A DNA stretch of 64,000 bases. It comes from Ignavibacteriota bacterium (lineage in GTDB: Bacteria; Bacteroidota; Ignavibacteria; UBA10030). Numbering within the stretch: the first letter of the stretch is position 1; every line of letters begins with the position of its first letter. Position numbers and translations under genes: made by a program. This document shows positions 17,701-26,516 of this stretch, piece after piece. The stretch covers positions 1,472,001 to 1,536,000 of the forward strand of contig OY969585.1 of the NCBI GenBank assembly GCA_963701295.1, written 5' to 3'. The notes under the pieces are model-generated. The model searched no databases, was not told where the DNA came from, and saw only the letters and a program-made list of their open reading frames with translations.

Positions 17701-18900
17701 TACTGTTCCTGCTTTACAAAGAGTGACACTTATCGCGGGGCCAATATCACCACCCGTGATGATATTATTATTATGGGCTACCCACTGTTCCCCGTGCAGA
17801 TAAATTCCACCTTGCATCCCGATGAAAGTGCAATATCGAACAGTGTCTCCTAAATTTAAATACGTATCAACACCCGAATCAATCACATTCTCCACAAGGC
17901 AATGATCTGCACCACAAGCATTGTCGGATTCAAAACCTAATCCGCACTGTTCTCCACCTTGTGAGATTCCTAACACGCCGTCCATCTCATGATTTACTGT
18001 GTCATATTTAAACCAGTTGCGCGAACCAAAATAATTATAGATACAAGTCCTGCTTGTTGAATCACAATAACACGAATCAATAAGACAATCATGGGTGCCG
18101 GTGGAAAGGAACATGGCTTCATTCATACAATTCAACGTCTTGATATGCCGCCAAATCAAATGGTCGCCCGTGAGAGCTTTCAGTGCCGTCCGGTAATTTC
18201 TAAACTCTAAGTTCTGTACGGTGACGTAACTTCCATCTGCAAAACTACCCTCTCGGAAGATGTGTAGTTGTCCTGGTGCATTGCTGTCATTTGTCCTTAC
18301 CCATATTGTGTCTGAACCGCCAGCACCTGGGCCATAGCTTGAAGCCACAAAGCTATCCAGAAATTTCCTTAGGCTATCGGCATTGGACAAATAAAACTGA
18401 ATCTCTCCCTCTTGATGTGTCATTTGCTGCCACGCGCCTGAATAATACTCATATCCATACGTCTCCACCGTGCGTCCGCACCACGTTTTGTAATAACCAA
18501 CTCGCCCGGGAACGGCTGTCCATGTATGAAATGACATATCTCCATAGATTATCGGTTTCCCACCTGTGCCATACGCATCTATCACTATACGATTAGATGA
18601 TGTTCCTGTGAATGTTTGAGATATCTCTCCTTCAAAAACGTCTCCCCGTTTAAGCAAAATATGATCCCCCGCATTGAAACTTGACCGCGATATTTTGGTC
18701 AATGTTTGCCACGGAGTCGTTGTGGATGTCCCATTGTTCCCATCATTCCCACTCGATGAACTAACGTAATACGTCGTCTGAGCTAAAAGTGCGACGGGAA
18801 GAATCAACATCAAAAAAAGTAAGCTGATCATTCTTGCCTTTGCAACAGTTGCCAAAGTCTGAGAAAGGATGGTTGAAAAAACCGTTCGTTGAGTTTTCAT
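14710..18900 (-). CDS. Large T9SS-secreted protein: parallel beta-helix, five Ig-like (choice-of-anchor D/ASH-like) repeats, F5/8 type C domain, CTD
   Basis: TTYYVSSSSGNDGNNGTS...PWQT...GDHILLKRGD beta-helix start; PTSLSFGNV repeats; ANDGNPTTRWSS...WWQVDL; QNFPNPFNPST tail. ATG 18900 has an AAGGAG RBS. Confidence 0.85.
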   Translation of the reverse strand: MKTQRTVFSTILSQTLATVAKARMISLLFLMLILPVALLAQTTYYVSSSSGNDGNNGTSTTTPWQTLTKISRSSFNAGDHILLKRGDVFEGEISQTFTGTSSNRIVIDAYGTGGKPIIYGDMSFHTWTAVPGRVGYYKTWCGRTVETYGYEYYSGAWQQMTHQEGEIQFYLSNADSLRKFLDSFVASSYGPGAGGSDTIWVRTNDSNAPGQLHIFREGSFADGSYVTVQNLEFRNYRTALKALTGDHLIWRHIKTLNCMNEAMFLSTGTHDCLIDSCYCDSTSRTCIYNYFGSRNWFKYDTVNHEMDGVLGISQGGEQCGLGFESDNACGADHCLVENVIDSGVDTYLNLGDTVRYCTFIGMQGGIYLHGEQWVAHNNNIITGGDIGPAISVTLCKAGTVEQLGGTGQDHIYNNTINCFATGQGVESVFGTSATILFEHNDVTGQQSNSNLDKFDATTGLTSINNSFHSPGRFNATPYPNEVFYTSLSAFQAATGLESGSVWNSDASSPTGTLTITPSSFSFGNVIVNTISSKKTYTVQGSNLSPASDSLTITAPSGFTISTDSSSGFTSSKRIAYTGGTLSAKTIYVRFSPTAVQSYTGNITNAGGGATTQNVAVTGSGISAPTPALTVNPTSLSFGNVTINMISSKLTYTLTGLNLSPAADSLTITAPSGFTISTDSSSGFTSSKRIAYTGGTLSAKTIYVRFSPTAVQSYTGNITNAGGGATTQNVAVTGTGISATASALTVNPTSLSFGNVTINTISSELTYTLVGLNLSPASDSLTITAPSGFTISTDSSSGFTSSKRIAYTGGTLSAKTIYVRFSPTAVQSYTGNITNAGGGATTQNVAVTGSGISAPTPALTVNPTSLSFGNVTINMISSKLTYTLTGLNLSPAADSLTITAPSGFTISTDSSSGFTSSKRIAYTGGTLSAKTIYVRFSPTAVQSYTGNITNAGGGATTQNVAVTGTGISATASALTVNPTSLSFGNVTINTISSELTYTLVGLNLSPASDSLTITAPSGFTISTDSSSGFTSSKRIAYTSGTLQPIPKIIYVRFSPTTVQSYSDSITIGGGGAVTKSVFVSGNGLSDLPPPTGTFIASSDTLPERGGSVTLTWTSSNASSASINNGIGTVVTNGSITRIIRATTRFTLILSNINGNTSYVKKVYVRPQKLSRNKALDMPSTASTVELTGDEANKANDGNPTTRWSSAYTDNQWWQVDLQDITTIDHITITWDSSYASQFTISTSLDGLIFTDVVTGYASGPDTIELNFDPVNARYVRLIGIQRGTQLGISFFELGVYESLTTSVESTVQVPSGFLLEQNFPNPFNPSTEIGYQLSTTAEVRLIVYDILGKEIVTLVNQVQQAGHHTVTFNANNLASGMYYARLKAEGKVQIRKMMLTK
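15650..17375 (-). repeat. Five intragenic 345-bp (115-aa) tandem repeats with a near-identical 690-bp super-period
   Basis: ttctttttgatgaagtaaag recurs at 15801, 16146, 16491, 16836 and 17181. Confidence 0.95.
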
Positions 18901-19256
18901 GTTATTCACTCCTTTGGTTTGCTACAATGTTCTTTACATGCGCGTTGCATGCATCAAGCGGAGTTCCATGAAAAGTAAAGCGAGTGAAAACGCTCAAAAT
19001 TGATGAAAAACGGATAAAACTGTTGGTCTAAAGGAAAAAGAAGTGAAGGTAGGAAAACGCTGATTGTAGAAAGGTAAAAAAAACTTACAAAGGATAGGAT
19101 AAGGTTGAGTCTGAACTCTTTAAATGTATGGTTATGGAAGAAGTGAGGTGAGAAATCGGTATTGAGAAAGCCTTTCGGATATAAAGAAGTTGCTATCTGA
19201 CGTAATTCATTTTATAGTATTTCAAAACAAGTAAATCACAAGTGCATTTTAGTGTT

Positions 19257-20159
19257 TTACTTTCTTTCCCATCGTGTTGGCTCGAACACAAATCGAACCC
19301 ATTGTGCAAAAAATTCTAATCCATGACTCCGCCAGCGGTTCATAGGATCATTGATGTCTAGATTTGCAGGAGGGAGAACATCGGTCCGCCCAAGTGCAGC
19401 ATCTCTTTTATATTCTTCTACTAATCTCTGTGCTTCGTACTCCGGATGTCCAAGGTGCATCAAGAAGCGATGATCGGTACTTTCAAAAATTGTATAACCA
19501 CCATTTTTAGAATGAGCAAGAAGATTAACTATCCCCTTCGCTCGTGCGGCATCAAGATCACTGTCAGAAATTCCGGAATGCCGGCTTTGCACACACCAGA
19601 AAACATCATCTAAATCACCGGTGATGGGATGAGATCGCTCAAGGTTGCGTGTTTCAAAGACGCCAAAGAGTTTATGCTGATACATCTCTTTTTCAATTTC
19701 CAATATTTTTGCTAACGCTAATCCTCCCCAGCAAATACCGAATGTAGAAGTGATGTTTTGTCTTGCAAAAGCCAGAATGGTCGTGATTTCATCCCAGTAA
19801 TTCACATCTTCATACTTCATTTCTTCCACAGGAGCCCCTGTGAGGATGAGCCCGTCGAGAGGGGACTTCGAGATAGCGTTCTCGAAGTAGTCGTAGTAAA
19901 GCTCAAGGTGATTCTGGTCTGTGCTTTTATAATTATGGGAATGAAGACGAAGCCATACTGGTTCAACTTGAATAATAGTACGGCTTAATGGATAGAGGAG
20001 CAGTGGTTCGTACCATTCTCCTTTTGGCATGATGTTTAAGACGCCGACACGCAGTGGACGGATGTCAGCACGGTTTGCCTCTTCTTCTGAGACACAGAGG
20101 ATACCGCGCTGTTCCAGTTTGCTTCGATGTTTATATTCATTAGGAAGTATGACACTCAT
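19257..20159 (-). CDS. metA: Homoserine O-acyltransferase, MetA/HTS family (probably acetyl-specific)
   Basis: IRPLRVGVLNIMP, TGAPVE, GICWG, SRHS, GHPEY; Glu after GAPV is the acetyl-CoA determinant in this family. Confidence 0.9.
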   Translation of the reverse strand: MSVILPNEYKHRSKLEQRGILCVSEEEANRADIRPLRVGVLNIMPKGEWYEPLLLYPLSRTIIQVEPVWLRLHSHNYKSTDQNHLELYYDYFENAISKSPLDGLILTGAPVEEMKYEDVNYWDEITTILAFARQNITSTFGICWGGLALAKILEIEKEMYQHKLFGVFETRNLERSHPITGDLDDVFWCVQSRHSGISDSDLDAARAKGIVNLLAHSKNGGYTIFESTDHRFLMHLGHPEYEAQRLVEEYKRDAALGRTDVLPPANLDINDPMNRWRSHGLEFFAQWVRFVFEPTRWERK

Positions 20160-20170
20160 AAGATGTCCTG

Positions 20171-22620
20171 TTAGTTCATGGAATGTGATACGTTCACGAT
20201 ATCATTGAAGATACCTGACGCAGTGAGCTTTGCTCCAGCACCGCTGCCGCGTACAACTAATGGTTGACGATACAGACTTCGTGTTGTCAGCGAGACAATG
20301 TTATCGTTGTCGGAGAGATGATAGAACGGATGTTCTGGTGCGATCTCTTCCACACCGATGTGTGCTTTATGGTTGTCGAATCGAGCGATAAACATGAGCG
20401 AACAACTGCGCTTTCTTGCGGCGGCTTTTTTCTTCTCGAGTATCTCATCTGATTCACGCAACGCAGCATCAATATTGGTTCCGTCAAAGATACTTTGTGG
20501 TAGATAGGGCTCTACAAAAATATCGCGCATTTCCATTATGAATCCAGCTTCCCGCACTAAAATAAGAAGTTTACGAGCGACATCTGTTCCGCTGAGATCG
20601 AGACGTGGATCCGGTTCTGTGTAGCCGCACTTTTGTGCTTCTCGCACAGCCTCGCTGAATTTCTTTCCAGCATTCAAGCTGTTAAAGATGAAACTTAGTG
20701 TGCCGGAGAGAACTGCTTCAATCTGTTCGATAGAGTCACCATTATGGACGATGCTTTTAATCGAGTCAATAATAGGAAGGGCTGCGCCAACATTTGTGCT
20801 GTACCGAAATTGTACCCATGTTGCGCAGAAACAATGCGAAGTTGTTTGTAGAAATCGTAGGAAAGTGTGTTTGCAACTTTGCTGGATGTAATGACGGAGA
20901 CACTTGCACCAAGGAGTGTGAGATACTGTTGAACTACACTTTCTACACCGGTGCAATCGATGACAATGGAATTGGCGGCATTGAACTGCTGAACTCTTTT
21001 GGAAAACTCTTGAGGATCTGATACTTGTAGGCTTTCGGCAAGGAGCCGGCTCCATTTTGTAAGATCAATTCCTTGTTCGTTAAAAATCATTTTTTGGCTA
21101 TTTGCTATCCCTATAATTTTAAAACGTGTGCGGAGCGCTGTCCGTGCATATTCCTTCTGATCCTGCAAAAGTTCGAGGAGAGCAGATCCGACAAGACCCG
21201 AACCCAACAGGAATATATTAAGAGTCTTTTGCTGCGACAAAAACAAATTATCATGAAGTGCATTCATTCCTTTCTGCAAGTCGGTTTGTTGCAAGACGAG
21301 TGCCAGATTACGTTCCGATGAACCATATGCAATGGCTCTTGGCTTAATACCGTTGCGTCCAAGGGTCTCAAACACTTTGCCTGTGACACCAGGGATGTTA
21401 TACACTTGCTCACTCACAACAGCAATAATGGAACAATCATTTTCTATTGTAATCGCGGATATCTGTCTGTGGTGGAGTTCTACACGGAATTCCAGTTCTA
21501 CTACTTCGCGTGCAGTACGAATGTGTTCGGATGCAATCGCTAGACAGATGCTATGCTCTGATGAGGATTGAGTTATCAATGTTACTTCGATATCTCTCCT
21601 TGCCAATGTTGCAAAGATGCGCGATGCAATACCGACAGTACGCAAAATGCCTTCACCGGTTACTTTCAACAAGCTGATTTTGTCGATGCATGCTATGCCT
21701 TTTACAGAGCTTCGCTCTGAAGAAGAAGGTTGATCGGAGATCAAAGTGCCCTTGAATTGTTCATTGAACGCATTTCGAATTCGAATAGGAATACGTTTTT
21801 GCAATACTGGAAGTATAGTTGGCGCATGTATGACTTTCGCACCGAAGTGTGACAACTCTAGTGCTTCCTCAAATGTCAATATCTCCAAAGATAAAGCGGA
21901 AGAAACCATTCGAGGATCCGCTGTCATGACGCCATCCACATCTGTCCAGATTTCAATTTCTTTCGCATCGAGAGCCGAACCGAGAATCGAAGCCGTATAG
22001 TCTGAGCCACCACGACCAAGAGTCGTTGTTTCATTGTCAGGACCGCAGGCGATAAATCCCGTTACGACTTGAATTGCATCTCTTTTCTTAAAATGATTGA
22101 GAATATTCCAATTTGTCACATTAAAATCAACTTGTGCAGCTCCGTACGTCAAGTCGGTACGAATAAGTGTGCGGCTGTCAACGTACTCGGCGACAAGACC
22201 GGAGCGATTCAACACATCTGCAATAATAGTACACGAAAGTTTCTCGCCATAACTCATTACATAATCGAGTGTGCGATTAGTAATTTCTCCTAATATCCAG
22301 ATACCATGAATGAATTCACGAAGTTCATGAAATGATTGAACGATAAACCGATGGGAATGTGAATCACTGTTAAACCCTAGAAGTATATCCGCTATAGCTA
22401 TGTGGCGATTCTCTAATTCTCTCAACGCGTTTTCATAGTTTTGGTCTCCGCGGAATGCTTGCTTGCTTGCATCAATAAGTTGATTGGTTATTCCTTCCAT
22501 TGCAGATGCAACGACAGCAATTTCACCGTGTTCTTTTTTCGATTGCTTAATAATGTTGACGACGGATGTAATGCGTTCAGGTGTACCAATGGAAGAGCCG
22601 CCGAATTTCAATATCTTCAT
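20171..22620 (-). pseudogene. thrA: Bifunctional aspartokinase/homoserine dehydrogenase split by a 1-nt frameshift (real or sequencing error)
   Basis: MKILKFGGSS, TTLGRGGSDY, two ACT domains and GSGLVG in one frame; FRYSTNVGAALP, GYTEPDP, GAGAKLTA in another. Frames join at the GGG at 20815-20817. Confidence 0.85.
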
Positions 22621-22738
22621 TTCGATTTCCTTTCTACGACTATACCCGCTCAATTACAGCTTTAAGAGAAGGGAAGAGGTGTACACTCTTCCCTCGGATT
22701 AATGTTAAACATACTTTTATTTGTTCGAATGAGCACCT

Positions 22739-24064
<1,326 letters not shown>

Positions 24065-24094
24065 TTATTATAGGTTTTTATGTGAAACGTCTAT

Positions 24095-24136
24095 AAAACG
24101 AAAAAGCCTCGTCGGGAAGATTTCCTGAAGAGGCTT
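24095..24136 (-). terminator. Expression-platform terminator of the SAM riboswitch
   Basis: Minus strand aagcctc...gaggctt followed by tttcgtttt, directly 3' of the aptamer. Confidence 0.8.
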
Positions 24137-24147
24137 GGGAGCATCTT

Positions 24148-24269
24148 CTCTTATCTATCCCTCGACGACCTGAGTGTCGCGGGCAGGATTTAGCACCTGC
24201 ATTCCGCTCGTGCGGAACCGGTTGCTAAGGCTTCAACGGGCCTGTTCCCTCAGCCTTTCTTTATAAGAG
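24148..24269 (-). ncRNA. SAM-I (S-box) riboswitch
   Basis: Minus strand ctcttat-aaaga-aggctGAGGGAacaGGCCCgtTGAAGCCttaGCAACC...GGTGCTaaaTCCtgc...GATAAGAG, upstream of metY. Confidence 0.93.
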
Positions 24270-24332
24270 GCATATTTCGGATTATATCGTTTTTCTAATC
24301 CGTGCGATAATCGTTGTGATCGTCGCTATTAT

Positions 24333-24361
24333 AATATACAACACCTGAGAGCTTTTGTCAA
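24333..24361 (-). promoter_or_regulatory. Sigma-70-type promoter for the riboswitch-met operon
   Basis: TTGACA-17 bp-TATATT on the minus strand. Confidence 0.65.
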
Positions 24362-24460
24362 GTTCCCTTAAAAAATTATTCTTGGCCTGTCTGATTTTGA
24401 TTTCCCACCGAAAAGTATAAAAGCTGCAATTTTTTCTCAATATAATTAGAAATAAAAATT

Positions 24461-24570
24461 AAAAAGCTCAAATAATTGCTCTGTTGGGCTTTTAAAAAAA
24501 CTTCAAGATTCAGATGTTCTTTTGTTTCTTCTGCAACAGGATCAAAGGATTCCTATTTATATGACTAGAT
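24461..24570. repeat. Degenerate copy of the hppA 3' end plus terminator (partner at 26461-26570)
   Basis: Ungapped match, 81 of the first 100 nt identical by manual count, offset exactly 2000 bp. Confidence 0.9.
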
Positions 24571-24792
24571 AGTCTCATCGATGGTGGATATTCTTAAGAA
24601 GAATTAGGATAATGCCAGTCAAATCCATGCAGTGACAGTAAAGTAGAGCAATATTGTAAGAGAGGAAAGGAAAACAATCGTCTTATTAATGGGGTTCGAC
24701 ATTGTTTCTTGGATTTCCCTGCATCTTGCCATATATTAACTAATACAGTCGCTGAAAATGAATGACCTATTAATGATAAGGAACTGATTTCA

Positions 24793-26475
24793 ATGAGAAA
24801 TATTTTTAATTCGTTGCGCGATTGGCACATAGTAATTGCAATTACCATATTAGTCATGCTCGTCTTTGGGAGGAGTCTGACCTATGAATTTACCAACACC
24901 GATGATACCCAACTGCTCGTTGTTGATCAAGAATATCTTGGAAACCTAGCAAATATTCCCAGACTATTTACTGCAGACGTATTTATCTCGAAGCCGCACC
25001 CATTTGTCTTTTATCGTCCGCTGTTCAATCTTCTATTTATGGTCGAACTGCAATTTGAAAAGAACGGTACGTGGTTGTTTCATCTTACAAATGTTTTGCT
25101 TCATTTTGGATGTTCTGCTATCCTTTTCTTCCTTTTCAAAGAATTAAAAATACCACGGTTGACGGCAGGAATGGCAGCGTGCATATTTTGTGTTCATCCG
25201 ATCAACACTTCGGCGGTGGCCTGGATTCCCGGAAGAAATGATACACTACTGACTCTCTTCATTCTTAGCTCGTTCTTTTTCTTTATTCGTTGGATGGAAA
25301 CGGAGAAAACGTGGCAGTTCTTGTGCCATTGGTTTCTGTTTTTTTTCGCCCTTCTCACGAAAGAATCGGCGGCTTTATTCCCAATTCTATGTTTGAGCTA
25401 TGGATTATATGTGCGCAGGGAAAACCTGGGACGATGGAAAATTATCCTTATGATCGTCACATATTCTTTTGCAACTGCGATATGGATAGCTCTACGAAGC
25501 TTGGTTCACCAAACATATGAAGTACATGATACAAGTATCCAGTTGATAATGGAATCACTTAAAAAATTTCCGGCTCTCGTTTTGTACTTTGGAAACATTT
25601 TTCTTCCGTTTAATCTCTCTGTGTATCCTAACTTTGAGGATCACTCTTTGATATTAGGAGGAATAAGTATTGTTGTGATTGCTGCTTTGGTGCTTGTTAA
25701 GCAGCCTTATCGAAGAGCGATCTTTTGGGGTTTTGCTTGGTTTTTACTTTTTCTTGCTCCCACTTTGATATATGGGACAAATTTTTATGAACATCGTGCG
25801 TATTGTGCTACGGTCGGAATTCTTTTTACTCTCACACAGCTTCGACCGATTCGGGATATAGATTTCTCGAAAACGCCTTATGTAGTAGGATTCGGTGTCC
25901 TCATTTTTTTCTTTTCAATCCTCACGATTTTGCATGTGGAGCATTTCCAAAACCGCCTTACATTTATGACAAGCGCATACCGCTTAGATCCAAGTATCGA
26001 TGAGTCGTATGCGGGTCTTGCCGGAACTTACATGGACGCTGGGGATGATGAGGCTGCTCTGAAAATACTGCAAGCTGGTATATCTCGAAAGCAGGATATG
26101 ATAATTGTTCATAGTATGCTTGGCGATATCTATGCCAACCAGGGAAATTACTCACAAGCGGCTCAAGAGTATAAGGCTTCTCTTCGGATAGAACCGTTGC
26201 GTCTCTTTACCTATCTCAATTACGGCAAATCATGTTTGCAAACAGGCAACTATGATCAGGCAGCGAAACTTTGGAAAACATCGGTGGCAATCAAGCCGGA
26301 ATTTGTTCTCGGCTATTATTATCTGGCAAATTTTTATGTTCACACAAAAATAGATCCTGATTCAGCAATGATCTATGTTCGGAAAATTCAAAGGCAGGGT
26401 GTGGTTGTGATGCCTGAATTACTTGAATCCATTGAAGCTGTAAAAAAACTGCAGAAAATAAAAAAGCCCAACTGA
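24793..26475 (+). CDS. TMTC-like GT-C membrane glycosyltransferase with C-terminal TPRs
   Basis: TDD acidic pair after TM1, YRPL, HP...AVAWIPGRND, LLTKE, many TM helices, TPR-like tail. Confidence 0.8.
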   Translation: MRNIFNSLRDWHIVIAITILVMLVFGRSLTYEFTNTDDTQLLVVDQEYLGNLANIPRLFTADVFISKPHPFVFYRPLFNLLFMVELQFEKNGTWLFHLTNVLLHFGCSAILFFLFKELKIPRLTAGMAACIFCVHPINTSAVAWIPGRNDTLLTLFILSSFFFFIRWMETEKTWQFLCHWFLFFFALLTKESAALFPILCLSYGLYVRRENLGRWKIILMIVTYSFATAIWIALRSLVHQTYEVHDTSIQLIMESLKKFPALVLYFGNIFLPFNLSVYPNFEDHSLILGGISIVVIAALVLVKQPYRRAIFWGFAWFLLFLAPTLIYGTNFYEHRAYCATVGILFTLTQLRPIRDIDFSKTPYVVGFGVLIFFFSILTILHVEHFQNRLTFMTSAYRLDPSIDESYAGLAGTYMDAGDDEAALKILQAGISRKQDMIIVHSMLGDIYANQGNYSQAAQEYKASLRIEPLRLFTYLNYGKSCLQTGNYDQAAKLWKTSVAIKPEFVLGYYYLANFYVHTKIDPDSAMIYVRKIQRQGVVVMPELLESIEAVKKLQKIKKPN

Positions 26476-26516
26476 TTGCTCAATTGGGCTTTTGAAAAGA
26501 CTTCAAGAATCAGATG

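Noticed and set aside
20805-20830. Programmed -1 frameshift in thrA
   Set aside because: No X-XXY-YYZ slippery heptamer or obvious stimulatory structure at the junction.
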